59,262 bases of DNA, taken from the NCBI GenBank assembly GCA_039026975.1, contig JBCCLI010000001.1:1-59262 (forward strand), given 5' to 3'. A model generated the notes under the pieces. It made no database searches and was not told where the DNA came from. It was given only the letters and a program-made list of their open reading frames with translations. Both the position numbers and the translations under genes were made by a program. The stretch's first letter is position 1. Each line of letters begins with the position of its first letter. Below are positions 8,846-18,337 of this stretch, in pieces. This stretch comes from Bacteroidota bacterium (GTDB lineage Bacteria > Bacteroidota > Bacteroidia > J057).

Positions 8846-10465
8846 TCACTCCAATATCACCCGCTTACCTTTAGGATACTTGACTTCATACGAGAAGCTG
8901 ACGTTTTTAGCTTCTCCTGGCTTCAGCTTTATCTCCCAATCTATGAGACCAGTATTTTCATTATAATCTCCTTTTTCTATGTCTAGCACTTTGATTTCTA
9001 TAGCGCTGTTGGAGGAAACTGGCATTTGGTCTTCTAGCCGGATCAAAACTGGCACTTGCTTGTTGTTCCTGATCGTTATTTCAAAGCCTTTCTTATCTGT
9101 GCGGTTAGCCCCTAAAACCTTGGTCTTGGAGAATTGCTTGATCTTTTCTCTACTGATGGAAATTTGATTATCCTTTCCTAGTGATACTTCCAGGGTATCT
9201 GTGAGAACAGCCGTCTTTAGAGGCGACTTCCCCACATAGGTATCCTCAAAGAAGAGATTGATTTCCCCATCCAGAAGATTGTAGGATTCCCAGTCTGTAA
9301 TTTTAGCTATAAGGAAGGCAGCCGGATTCAACTTGGGAACAGCATAATACTGGTAGGAAGCTGGAATTTCATATTCTTCCAAGTCTACCGTTTTAGTCCC
9401 TCCTTCAGATTTCAAGGTATAGGGTAGGTTCACCTCAAAGGCTACACTGGTAGCTTTCTGTGTGCTAGTAGAAGGCAGAATTGTACTTTTATCCTCTTCA
9501 TAAGTTGCCTCCTCTCTATCAATGGCTATTCCCAAAGCTTTCTTTTTTACTACTACCACCTCATTGAGTACCGGCACTTCACTATCATATCTGTTAGCGT
9601 AAGGTTTATTATAGGAGAATGATAAATACCATGGAGCTAACTCAGGCTTCTGGGCGCCTTCTCTAGGATCTAAACTAGAAAAGGAAAGCTTCACCTTATT
9701 CCAATCTTCCTGGGTATTCTGGTAAAAAGAGGCTTTATAGGTAAGAGATGCTGGCTTAGATAGGTCAGTAACCTTAAGGTCATATTTAGGCATCCATCCT
9801 GCATTAGACACCAGGTATGATATCCCAAAAGTGGCCCGAGTTCGCTTATCAGCCTTCACGAGTATTTCGATCTCAGACGTGGCCTTTTCTTCCACCCGTT
9901 CAGTACTGATCTGATTTAAGAATGTCTGCTTCAGTTTTTCCAGCACTTTCAGTTCATTCCTGATCCTAAGTTCTTTTTTCTTCATACCTCCTAGCGCTGT
10001 CTCATAGAAAGATAAGGCCTCCCTTAGTTGAGTAATACTGACGCCCTCCTCCCTTCCTATTTTCCTATTAGTATCAAGCACTTTCTTTTTCTCACGAATG
10101 ATTTCTAATTCTCCATTTAGGTAGGCTTCTACTTCATTAAGGGAGTCTATTTTCGCTTGCAACATTAAAAGATACTCTGCCTGTTCCACTGGCTTAAGGT
10201 AATTCAGGCTATGGGTAATGCTTAATACGGTGAACTGCCCCTTAGCAGAGACTTTGAGGCTGGATTCATCCAAGTAGGGGGAGAGTCCTGAAATCTTGAG
10301 AGTTTGTTCTCCGGCATTAATGAAAGAAGTGCCAGTTCTGGAAATCTGAGCGCCAGAGAGGTATACTTTTACCTGCTCTATGCTGGTGGATAAAGGGACT
10401 TCTGCCTGGAGCCTACTAACAAGTAAGCTAAAGAGGAAAAGGAATAGAAAGCGTTGGATTCTCAT
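8846..10465 (-). CDS. DUF4140/DUF4139 family protein (MuiA-like), secreted
   Basis: 539-aa ORF with a signal peptide. The N-terminal block IEQVKVYLSGAQISRTG...LKISGLSPYLDESSLKVSAKG, a central coiled coil and a C-terminal beta-rich domain match my memory of the DUF4140+DUF4139 architecture. Confidence 0.55.
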   Translation of the reverse strand: MRIQRFLFLFLFSLLVSRLQAEVPLSTSIEQVKVYLSGAQISRTGTSFINAGEQTLKISGLSPYLDESSLKVSAKGQFTVLSITHSLNYLKPVEQAEYLLMLQAKIDSLNEVEAYLNGELEIIREKKKVLDTNRKIGREEGVSITQLREALSFYETALGGMKKKELRIRNELKVLEKLKQTFLNQISTERVEEKATSEIEILVKADKRTRATFGISYLVSNAGWMPKYDLKVTDLSKPASLTYKASFYQNTQEDWNKVKLSFSSLDPREGAQKPELAPWYLSFSYNKPYANRYDSEVPVLNEVVVVKKKALGIAIDREEATYEEDKSTILPSTSTQKATSVAFEVNLPYTLKSEGGTKTVDLEEYEIPASYQYYAVPKLNPAAFLIAKITDWESYNLLDGEINLFFEDTYVGKSPLKTAVLTDTLEVSLGKDNQISISREKIKQFSKTKVLGANRTDKKGFEITIRNNKQVPVLIRLEDQMPVSSNSAIEIKVLDIEKGDYNENTGLIDWEIKLKPGEAKNVSFSYEVKYPKGKRVILE

Positions 10466-10621
10466 AGGATTATTTTTCTTCTAAGAATAGAACGCCTGCC
10501 TAATTCCATAAGATACTTTTATTTTTTTCTTCAAATTAGGCGGGACAGCCTGTAACCTTTGATATTTCAAGAAGTTTTGCTGACATAGACTAGAAACAAT
10601 CTTCACTTAAAGCCTATCTAT

Positions 10622-11704
10622 ATGTTAGCATCTACTTTCCCTGCACGGTATGCAGCTATCCTATTTATTGGGCTACAGCTAGGAAGTTTCTCCCTCCTAG
10701 GGCAAGCCAGAACAGAAGCATTTGCGTTTGTATTCGAGGAGAATACCTATAGCGGGTTCATTGATTTTCCTACTGAAGCCCCTACCTCTTTGATAGTCCT
10801 TATTCCCGGAAGTGGACGGACCCATATGGCGGAAAGTGATTACTATGGGGGAGTACGTGCTATGTTTGTCCAGTTGGGCCTGGCTGTCATGGTATATGAT
10901 AAGGCAGGCTGTGGACAAAGCGAAGGAACATACGACTATAATCAGTCTGTCCAAAACAGCAGCCTGGAAGTCCTAGCCTCTATACAGAAACTAAGAAAAC
11001 TTAAGGTGTCGGGTTCAAGAAAGATCGGGCTATGGAGCCTCAGTAGAGGAGGGTGGATCAGCCCCCTGGTAATAGCCCAAGACCCCAGCATAGCATACTG
11101 GATTTCTGCTAGTGGGCCGGATCACCTGGAAACCATTGGGTATTTCTTCCAGGCCAACTGGCGGGTCCAAGGGAGAACTGAGGCAGAAATAGGGCACCTT
11201 TATTCCGAGTGGTTAACCGGATTTACCATTCAACGCAAGGGTGGTTCCTACCAAGAATATTTAGCGGCTTCCCCCACCATACAGTATGATTCCATGATTC
11301 TGGCCCTACGGGGAGGGGTGTTTAGCACGGAAGAAAAGTTTTTATCATTTCAGCAGCATCTTCTTGGAGAGTCTTTTGATGAGGAAACGGGACTTACCAT
11401 CATCGTTCCCCATTTTTCGGACATCCTAAGCAGGATTACCTGCCCTGTCCTAGCCCTCTTTGGGGAGAAAGATTCTCAGGTACACTGGCAGCGCAGTCTA
11501 GCTCTCTACCAGGAGACTATTGGGGAAAATGGCAGGCTGACCTCGCTCACGCTTCCAGCCTGTAACCACCTACTTCTTTCTTGCGAGACAGGTGGATACT
11601 TGGAAAGTTGGCCAGAGTTAGTAGCAAAGGGTCTAGGAAAGCCCTGTGAAGGGTATCAGGAAAGGGTCAAAAACTGGTTGGAGGAGCTAAAGGTAATTAG
11701 GTAA
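10622..11704 (+). CDS. secreted alpha/beta-fold hydrolase
   Basis: 360-aa ORF with a signal peptide. It has a nucleophile-elbow-like GLWSLSRGGW and a C-terminal ...FGEKDSQV...CNHLL (Asp/His region). Confidence 0.6.
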   Translation: MLASTFPARYAAILFIGLQLGSFSLLGQARTEAFAFVFEENTYSGFIDFPTEAPTSLIVLIPGSGRTHMAESDYYGGVRAMFVQLGLAVMVYDKAGCGQSEGTYDYNQSVQNSSLEVLASIQKLRKLKVSGSRKIGLWSLSRGGWISPLVIAQDPSIAYWISASGPDHLETIGYFFQANWRVQGRTEAEIGHLYSEWLTGFTIQRKGGSYQEYLAASPTIQYDSMILALRGGVFSTEEKFLSFQQHLLGESFDEETGLTIIVPHFSDILSRITCPVLALFGEKDSQVHWQRSLALYQETIGENGRLTSLTLPACNHLLLSCETGGYLESWPELVAKGLGKPCEGYQERVKNWLEELKVIR

Positions 11705-11706
11705 TC

Positions 11707-11755
11707 ATTCTCTAATACCCCATATCCTGGGTTATGAGAGAATATTTTTTCTTTT
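11707..11755 (+). terminator. probable intrinsic terminator after the alpha/beta hydrolase gene
   Basis: The imperfect hairpin ATTCTCTAATACCC-catatcct-GGGTTATGAGAGAAT is followed directly by ATTTTTTCTTTTC. It begins 3 nt after the stop codon (11702-11704). Confidence 0.5.
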
Positions 11756-11786
11756 CTATTCCCTCCAACTTCCCTAACATTGTAAC

Positions 11787-12074
11787 ATGGAGAAGGAAAA
11801 GTGGAAGAAAATATGGGACTACAGTATAATCCTGCTTGTATTTGCCGTGACAGGAACTACCGCAGCTATCTTTCCGAAATGGATTATGCCCCTAACAGGT
11901 CTTAGCAAAGGTACTTGGCAGTATGTCCTTAGTTATATTCTCCTGATTACCCCCATCTATCAGGTACTGCTTCTGATCTATGCCTTTATTTTTGGGAAAT
12001 TCAGCTACTTTTATGAGAAACAGAAAAAGATCGGCCGATGGCTTTTTGGCTGGTTAAAACCTAATAAATCCTAG
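11787..12074 (+). CDS. small integral membrane protein
   Basis: 95-aa ORF with two clear hydrophobic helices and a basic C-terminus. It starts 12 nt upstream of ridA. Confidence 0.5.
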   Translation: MEKEKWKKIWDYSIILLVFAVTGTTAAIFPKWIMPLTGLSKGTWQYVLSYILLITPIYQVLLLIYAFIFGKFSYFYEKQKKIGRWLFGWLKPNKS

Positions 12075-12085
12075 CAATACAGATA

Positions 12086-12463
12086 ATGAAATCTACTATT
12101 AACACCTCTCACGCGCCAGCCCCTATTGGGCCCTATAACCAGGCAGTCATGGCTAATGGAATGCTCTTTGTCTCTGGACAAATAGCCATAAACCCCGAAA
12201 ATGGCCTTATGATCACCCATGACCTGGAAGAAGAAGCACATCAAGTCATGAAAAACCTCAAAGCCATTTTGGAGGAAGCGGGTTTAGGATTTGAGCATGT
12301 AGTTAAAACAACCATCTTCCTGGCCACCATGGATGACTTCACTACTATCAATAAAATTTATGGGAGCTACTTCGAAGGATCCTATCCTGCCAGAGAAACA
12401 GTGGCAGTACTAGGCCTTCCCAAAGGGGTAAATGTGGAGATTTCAGTTATTGCAGTGAAGTAG
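12086..12463 (+). CDS. ridA: RidA/YjgF family reactive enamine/imine deaminase
   Basis: 125 aa; APIGPYNQAV...LFVSGQI...VKTTIFLATMDDFTTINKIYGSYF...PARETVAVLGLPKGVNVEI. Confidence 0.88.
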   Translation: MKSTINTSHAPAPIGPYNQAVMANGMLFVSGQIAINPENGLMITHDLEEEAHQVMKNLKAILEEAGLGFEHVVKTTIFLATMDDFTTINKIYGSYFEGSYPARETVAVLGLPKGVNVEISVIAVK

Positions 12464-12488
12464 CATACGCTTCTGTAAAACTACTTAC

Positions 12489-12547
12489 CGGCTTTGCATC
12501 CTGTCTTTTCGCGCTTAGGTACAAAGCCGTCAAGTTTTTATTATTTA
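12489..12547 (+). terminator. possible terminator or regulatory hairpin between ridA and the PLP enzyme gene
   Basis: An 8-bp stem CGGCTTTG (12489-12496) / CAAAGCCG (12522-12529) with a 25-nt loop, then a T-rich run (TCAAGTTTTTATTATTT). The large loop makes it weak. Confidence 0.3.
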
Positions 12548-12576
12548 TCCATTCTCAGGAATTATCATTAGGTATC

Positions 12577-13758
12577 ATGGAAGACTACTCACATATCCTC
12601 ACGCACTTAGGGGAAGATAGGGATCAGGTGCAGGGAGCTGTCAACCCTCCCATTTATTACAGCAGCAATTTTGCTTTCAACACTGTGGAAGAGATGCGGC
12701 ATGCCCTCACCCACGAAATGGACGTACCTTTTTATACGCGGGGGCATAATCCCACGGTAGCTGTCCTCAGAAAGAAGATAGCAGCCCTTGAAAAAGCGGA
12801 GGAATGCCTACTCTTTGGGAGTGGGAGTGCAGCTATGGCAGCAGCTGTCATGAGTCAGGTTCAGCAAGGAGATCATGTAATCTGTGTGCAGAAACCTTAC
12901 AGTTGGACTGGGAAGCTGTTAGCAAAGCTCCTATCCAGATATGGCGTTACCCATACTTTCATAGATGGGCGGGAAGCCCGGAATTATGAGGCAGCTATTC
13001 AAAAGAATACTACCCTACTGATTCTTGAAAGCCCTAATTCTATGACCTTTGAACTACAAGATTTGAAGGCAGTAGCCACCATCGCTAGAGAGCATGGAAT
13101 ACGGACTATTTGTGATAATAGCTATGCAAGTCCCATTAACCAAAATCCTATAGCTCTTGGGATAGATATAGTGATTCACTCCGCTACCAAATACTTAAGT
13201 GGACATTCAGACGTAGTGGCAGGCGCACTCTGTACTTCCAGGGACATAGCTGAACACATCTTCCAGTCAGAGTATATGACACTAGGGGCCATTCTTTCCC
13301 CCCATGATGCATGGCTACTGTTACGTGGCTTAAGAACCTTACCCTTACGCATGCAAAGGGTGGCTGAGACTACGCCCAAGATTGTGGAGTATCTCTCTAC
13401 TCATCCGCTGGTAGACAAGGTTTACTATCCTTTTTTGAGGGAGAATGAGCAGTATGAGTTAGCTATGCAGCAGCAAAAAATGCCGGGAGGTCAATTCTCC
13501 ATAGAGCTAAAAGCGGATAGCATGGAACAGGTAGACCTTTTCTGCAACAGCCTTCAGACATTTTTGATGGCTTGCAGTTGGGGAGGCTATGAATCGCTGA
13601 TTTTTCCCATTAGTACCTTATACCAGTCTGCTAATTATGCGGAGACCACCCTTCCCTGGAATTTCATCCGATTTTATGTGGGATTGGAAGACCCGACATA
13701 TTTGATTGCAGACCTGGAAAATGCCTTCCAGGCTGTTTCCAAGCTTCCATTAGTCTAG
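12577..13758 (+). CDS. PLP-dependent Cys/Met metabolism enzyme (cystathionine beta-lyase / gamma-synthase / methionine gamma-lyase family)
   Basis: 393 aa with the PLP-lysine motif HSATKYLSGHSDVVAG, plus YTRGHNPT and ESPNS blocks. The exact activity cannot be told from sequence by eye. Confidence 0.85.
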   Translation: MEDYSHILTHLGEDRDQVQGAVNPPIYYSSNFAFNTVEEMRHALTHEMDVPFYTRGHNPTVAVLRKKIAALEKAEECLLFGSGSAAMAAAVMSQVQQGDHVICVQKPYSWTGKLLAKLLSRYGVTHTFIDGREARNYEAAIQKNTTLLILESPNSMTFELQDLKAVATIAREHGIRTICDNSYASPINQNPIALGIDIVIHSATKYLSGHSDVVAGALCTSRDIAEHIFQSEYMTLGAILSPHDAWLLLRGLRTLPLRMQRVAETTPKIVEYLSTHPLVDKVYYPFLRENEQYELAMQQQKMPGGQFSIELKADSMEQVDLFCNSLQTFLMACSWGGYESLIFPISTLYQSANYAETTLPWNFIRFYVGLEDPTYLIADLENAFQAVSKLPLV

Positions 13759-15252
13759 CTCATATAGTTCTTTAGCTGCTCCCTCGTACTTATCACCTTC
13801 TACCCATCGAGGTGTCTTATCCTTATTGGCTATGAGTCTTGCGGCATGGGCATATGTCCTGACAAAGGTAGCTATATAGCTCAGGTTTAAGCTTGCCACC
13901 TCATCTGAGGTGCTGTGGTAGTGCTGCATGAGTTCCTGGGTAAAAGCTTCAAAACCGGGAGACATGGTAGGCGCCGGGATTCCTTTCCTAGCGAAGGAGA
14001 CATTATCAGATCTATCAAAAAGGTTTTGCTCAGGAGCCGGATCTGCGAAGGGTGTTACCCCTAACCGTTGGCAGGCTAGGTCAAACTCTTCCTTGGCCCC
14101 TACTCTGTCATATCCCATAATGGCCACCAAGGTAGTATCTGTATAGCCAGCCCCATCAGAATTAAGATTGAAGACCATTTTATCCAGGGGGAGCAGCGGA
14201 TGTTCTACATAGTATTGGCTTCCTAAAAGACCCATCTCCTCAGCCGTAAAGGCTATCAGCAGGATAGATCTTTCAGGCCTTTCTTCAGCTAGTGCTTTGG
14301 CAGCCGTTAATAAGGCGGCTACTCCTGTAGCATTATCCCTGGCTCCATTATTTATGCTATCGCCCCCTGCTACACTGGGTTTACTGACGCCTATGTGGTC
14401 ATAATGAGCAGTGAGAACCACATATTCTTGCTTTTTGCTAATATTAGTCCCTTCTATTAGTCCTATTACGTTATTAGAAATAAGGCTACTGCTTAATATA
14501 CCTCCTCCTTTTAGGGTTACGTTTTCTCCATCTATTAGATTTTTCCCAGCCTGCTGATCTTGATTATTTACCCAAAAATGTGGGAGAATAGATTCCAAGT
14601 TAGTAGGATCTTTCACCCCCATTCTGCCTGAAGTGATGGCCCTGGAGATATAGTTCCAAGGGAAGTTTTCTCTGTAAAGTTCTACTAGTGCCAGGGCTCC
14701 TCTTTCTTCTGCCAACATTCTCTTTTTAGCAGATAAGGAAAGTACTTTCCGAATGCTACTTTCACCAGGTACGCCTACATTTACCAACACAATTTTTCCA
14801 TATACGTCTAAGTCTTCATAGTCATCAATTCCCTTTTCTTCATCTACCCATCCATTTTTGGCAAAAACCAATCGGCTTTCTACTTTCATTTCATCCCCAT
14901 TAAGCATAGCGCAAGCAGAACCCACTATTTCACCACTAGCAGTTTCAATAGAACTCTCCTTCAGCACAATTCTTTTCTCAAATTCTATAGGCTGAAAATA
15001 AGATTCCTGCCCAGGGGGGGGGTTTAATCCAAAGGAACGGAACTGCTCTGCGATATACCTGGCAGCTATATTATTCCCCTCTTCTCCTGTCCTTCTCCCT
15101 TTTAATTCATCAGAAGCTAAAAAGTAAATGTGAGAAGCTATTTCTTCTTCAGAGAGGGTAAACTCTGGAAGACTGAGGTAGTCTTGTGCAGATACAAGTA
15201 CACTACTTCCTACTAGCAACAACAGGAGAATAGTGTCATATGATTTTTTCAT
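13750..15252 (-). CDS. secreted M28 family aminopeptidase with a PA domain
   Basis: HYDHIG, NGARDNATG, FTAEEMGLLGS, HYHSTSD. Signal peptide follows the ATG at 15252 (MKKSYDTILLLLLVGSSVLVSAQ); the GTG at 15279 is an alternative start. Confidence 0.85.
   Translation of the reverse strand: MKKSYDTILLLLLVGSSVLVSAQDYLSLPEFTLSEEEIASHIYFLASDELKGRRTGEEGNNIAARYIAEQFRSFGLNPPPGQESYFQPIEFEKRIVLKESSIETASGEIVGSACAMLNGDEMKVESRLVFAKNGWVDEEKGIDDYEDLDVYGKIVLVNVGVPGESSIRKVLSLSAKKRMLAEERGALALVELYRENFPWNYISRAITSGRMGVKDPTNLESILPHFWVNNQDQQAGKNLIDGENVTLKGGGILSSSLISNNVIGLIEGTNISKKQEYVVLTAHYDHIGVSKPSVAGGDSINNGARDNATGVAALLTAAKALAEERPERSILLIAFTAEEMGLLGSQYYVEHPLLPLDKMVFNLNSDGAGYTDTTLVAIMGYDRVGAKEEFDLACQRLGVTPFADPAPEQNLFDRSDNVSFARKGIPAPTMSPGFEAFTQELMQHYHSTSDEVASLNLSYIATFVRTYAHAARLIANKDKTPRWVEGDKYEGAAKELYELD
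15014..15022. repeat. homopolymeric G9 (C9 on the coding strand) tract inside the M28 peptidase gene
   Basis: ccaGGGGGGGGGttt read directly. It encodes N-P-P-P-G (AAC CCC CCC CCT GGG) at codons 86-90 of the long ORF. Confidence 0.9.
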
Positions 15253-15305
15253 AGACGCTGTTATAGTTGACGTTTCCACAAGTTACAAAAACTACCTGTT
15301 TCCCC

Positions 15306-16526
15306 TTACTCAGGCAGTAGTAAAGAAGAATCTCCGTAGCTTAAAAATCTGTATGCGTTATTCAAGGCTTCTTGGTAGACTCTCCGCCAATCCTTCCCTA
15401 TAAGAGCAGCTATTAGGAGAATTAAAGTAGTTCCCGGCATGTGGAAGTTAGTGATAAGTCCCTTACTCATTTGAAAAGTATAGCCAGGTAAAATGAGAAT
15501 TTCTGTCCTGGCTCGAATATATTCTCTGTTCTTTTTGTCCATGTCTTCCCATAGGCCTTCCAGTACAGACCTCGCGGCTAGCTGCTTATCTACCTGGGCG
15601 TAAGGGAAAAGCTTTTCTACTAGCGGGAGGGGCTCATCCCACTGGGAAGGCGTATCCTTAAGAGATACTGCTAGCCAGAAAAATGACTCTATGAGGCGCA
15701 TGCTGGTAGTCCCTACTGGAATGATATGCCCCATATGATCAATGAGGGTTTTCAGTTCTTCCTTACGTAAGCTTATTTGCTCCTCATGCATAGGGTGATT
15801 CACCACCTGGTCTTCCTGAACAGGAAGAAAAGTACCTGCGCTTACATGCAGCGTAACAAAGGTGGAAGAAATACCCTTAGCCCTTAGATCAGTTAATACT
15901 TTTTCTGTGAAATGTAAGCCTGCTGTAGGGGCAGCTACTGCTCCCGCCTGTTTGGCGTACACCGTCTGATATTGGGTATAATCTTGGGCTTCCACTTCTC
16001 TTTCCACATAGGGAGGTAGGGGTAGGTTACCTATCTTTTCTATCAGCTCCGCAAAGGATAGCTCATTGGGCGTCCAACTCAGCTTGACTAAGTCCTGATC
16101 CCTATCATACCAGCTAACAGTTAAAGTAAAGGTGGTCCCTCCTACTTCCCATCTTTTCTCTAGCTCTTCTCCCTCTTTCCATCTTTTTTTCTTCCCTATC
16201 ATGCAATACCATATGCAGCTATGCTGTGACTGCATAGCCTGCTGGACTTCGGAGGGAGCGTGAGGATTCAGTAGAAATACCTCTATCCTGGCCCCTGTTT
16301 TTCTCTGTAAGAATAACCTGGCAGGAATGACTCTGGCATCATTAAAAACGAGTAAGCTGTTTTCCGGTAGTATCTCAGGGAGCTCATAAAACTGCCTGTG
16401 CGTAACAGTTCCCTTCCTGTATACGAGTAACTTAGAAAGATCCCGTTGTAGTAGGGGGTACTGAGCTATCCTAGCTTGTGGAAGCTCATAGTAATAGTCT
16501 GAGAGAGAAATATTCTGAATACCCAA
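15306..16526 (-). CDS. queA: S-adenosylmethionine:tRNA ribosyltransferase-isomerase
   Basis: LSDYYYELPQARIAQYP, AAPTAGLHFT, VGTTSMRLIES, PGYTFQMSKGLITNFHMP. TTG start, with no in-frame ATG before the conserved N-terminus. Confidence 0.9.
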   Translation of the reverse strand: MGIQNISLSDYYYELPQARIAQYPLLQRDLSKLLVYRKGTVTHRQFYELPEILPENSLLVFNDARVIPARLFLQRKTGARIEVFLLNPHAPSEVQQAMQSQHSCIWYCMIGKKKRWKEGEELEKRWEVGGTTFTLTVSWYDRDQDLVKLSWTPNELSFAELIEKIGNLPLPPYVEREVEAQDYTQYQTVYAKQAGAVAAPTAGLHFTEKVLTDLRAKGISSTFVTLHVSAGTFLPVQEDQVVNHPMHEEQISLRKEELKTLIDHMGHIIPVGTTSMRLIESFFWLAVSLKDTPSQWDEPLPLVEKLFPYAQVDKQLAARSVLEGLWEDMDKKNREYIRARTEILILPGYTFQMSKGLITNFHMPGTTLILLIAALIGKDWRRVYQEALNNAYRFLSYGDSSLLLPE

Positions 16527-16534
16527 TATACTGC

Positions 16535-18205
16535 TTATTGATTCTCTAAGAATAAAGGAGGGATCTGATCCTCGAAGTCTGTTACCTGCTGGAAAGCATG
16601 GGCTACGGCTAAGGCTTTTCCCTCTTCGAATAAATTAGCCAGGAAGCTGATGCTCACGGGGGTGCCATTCTCACGGAAACCAGATGGGATCACTACACAG
16701 GGGTGTCCGGTAAGGTTAGTTACCGTCAGCTGATTTCCTCCGTATGAAGGGACCAGTAGTACGTCATATTCCTTCATGAGTTCATGGACTTGCTGTATGA
16801 GAAGCGTTCGTATTCTATTGGCTTGAATGTACTCCACAGCTGGTATGAATCTGGCTGCCCGGAATACATTTGGCCATGCATTTTCAATCTGCCTGACCAG
16901 GAGAGTATCCCTGTTTGAGCGGGTTAATTCATCAAAGGCTGCTGCTGCTTCAGCAGAGAGGGTTAAGGTAAGGGCTGACACGGGCAGGTCTATCTGCCAA
17001 TCTACCTCCATCAGATTAGCTCCCAAGTCCTTCAGGCTTTCTATGGCTACACTATCCTGCTTCTTCCACCTATGATTCTCCCCAAACCATTCCTTCACAT
17101 AGCCAATCCTGAAGGTCTCCCAATCTATTTCTTCCTCAAAACTGAATCCTGCTTCATACAAGGTGGGATCATTAGGATCAAGCCCATGAATAGTCTCAAA
17201 TACCATGGCACAGTCCCTGGCAGACCTACAAATAGGGCCTATTTTATCCATGGTCCAGCTAAGGGCCATAGCGCCATGCCTGCTGACTCTCCCATACGTA
17301 GGCCTTAGCCCACTATTCCCACAGCGGGTAGAGGGAGAAACAATGGATCCCAGCGTTTCTGTCCCTATGCTAAAAGCCACCAAGCCAGCGGCCGTTGCGG
17401 AAGAAGAACCAGCTGAGGAGCCACTTGACCCTTGACTGAGGTTCCAAGGATTCCTGGTTTTCCCTCCGTACCATACATCTCCCCAGGCAAGGGCACCCAT
17501 GCTAAGTTTGGCTACTAATACGGCTCCTGCCTCTTCCAGTCTTTTCACTATGGTGGCCGTCTCAGCTAATACCTGCCCTTCATAGGGCTTAGCTCCCCAA
17601 GAAGTAGGAAATCCCTCCACAGCCAATAAATCTTTCACTCCGTAGGGAATTCCATGCAGGGGTCCCTTGTAGAGGCCGGCTGCTATTTCTTCATCTGCCT
17701 TTTTAGCTTGGGCCATTGCCAGCTCCTCAGTAAGGGTGATCACACAATGTAGGGTATCCCCATAGCGCTTGAGTCTCTCTATATACAGCTGGGTCAACTC
17801 CTGTGAGCTGAGTCGCTGATTTTTTATAAGAGTAGCTAATTCCGCTACTGTGTAGAAAGCGAGTTCTTCCCTATTTTGGGGAAGTTTCACTTTATGAGGA
17901 AGCTGCCACTGTATCTGCTCCCTAAGTGGAGGGAGGGTAAATCCCTGAGGGATAGGGTTAAACTGGATAGAAGGCATGACAGAATTAGGCAGGGAGATAT
18001 CTCTAAGGGCTTCATAATCTGCTAACTGGTTTTTAAGCGAATTTTGCATTAAGGCTCTTTCTTCGCTATCCATCTCTATTCCCCAGAGTTTTTCGGCATC
18101 TTGAGTAGCAAAAGAAATACTGTCTACCTTTTGGGCTTTTCCTTCATGAATGAAGGTAAGGAAACCTAAAATTGTGACTGAAAGGATAAATCTGAGTCGA
18201 AACAT
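16535..18205 (-). CDS. secreted amidase (amidase-signature family)
   Basis: GVKDLL, the Gly/Ser-rich signature GSSGSSAGSSSATAAG, and GTETLGSIVSPS. Signal peptide follows the ATG at 18205 (MFRLRFILSVTILGFLTF). Confidence 0.85.
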   Translation of the reverse strand: MFRLRFILSVTILGFLTFIHEGKAQKVDSISFATQDAEKLWGIEMDSEERALMQNSLKNQLADYEALRDISLPNSVMPSIQFNPIPQGFTLPPLREQIQWQLPHKVKLPQNREELAFYTVAELATLIKNQRLSSQELTQLYIERLKRYGDTLHCVITLTEELAMAQAKKADEEIAAGLYKGPLHGIPYGVKDLLAVEGFPTSWGAKPYEGQVLAETATIVKRLEEAGAVLVAKLSMGALAWGDVWYGGKTRNPWNLSQGSSGSSAGSSSATAAGLVAFSIGTETLGSIVSPSTRCGNSGLRPTYGRVSRHGAMALSWTMDKIGPICRSARDCAMVFETIHGLDPNDPTLYEAGFSFEEEIDWETFRIGYVKEWFGENHRWKKQDSVAIESLKDLGANLMEVDWQIDLPVSALTLTLSAEAAAAFDELTRSNRDTLLVRQIENAWPNVFRAARFIPAVEYIQANRIRTLLIQQVHELMKEYDVLLVPSYGGNQLTVTNLTGHPCVVIPSGFRENGTPVSISFLANLFEEGKALAVAHAFQQVTDFEDQIPPLFLENQ

Positions 18206-18337
18206 ATGGCCTGATTTATGTGGGAGATGGAACCATAGAGAGTATTCCATTGGGCTAAATTACGGTGAAGAATTCTTTCAAAAAAGAATATCCTTATTTC
18301 ATAAACGTTTTTAGATCTGATACTTACGCTAGCAAAA

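Noticed and set aside
10498-10541. 8-bp inverted repeat GCCTAATT / AATTAGGC with a 28-nt spacer in the divergent promoter region between the DUF4139 and hydrolase genes.
   Set aside because: The arms are short and AT-rich and the spacer is long. This is expected by chance in an AT-rich intergenic region.
12464-12576. Possible SAM riboswitch upstream of the Cys/Met PLP enzyme gene.
   Set aside because: The 113-nt leader lacks the conserved SAM-I core elements I know and is too short for the four-way junction. Only a simple hairpin plus a T-run is visible.
15306-16526. QueA is longer (406 aa) than the roughly 350-aa enterobacterial enzyme, which could mean an inserted domain.
   Set aside because: The conserved blocks are collinear and I cannot delimit an insertion without an alignment. 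It is probably lineage-typical length variation.
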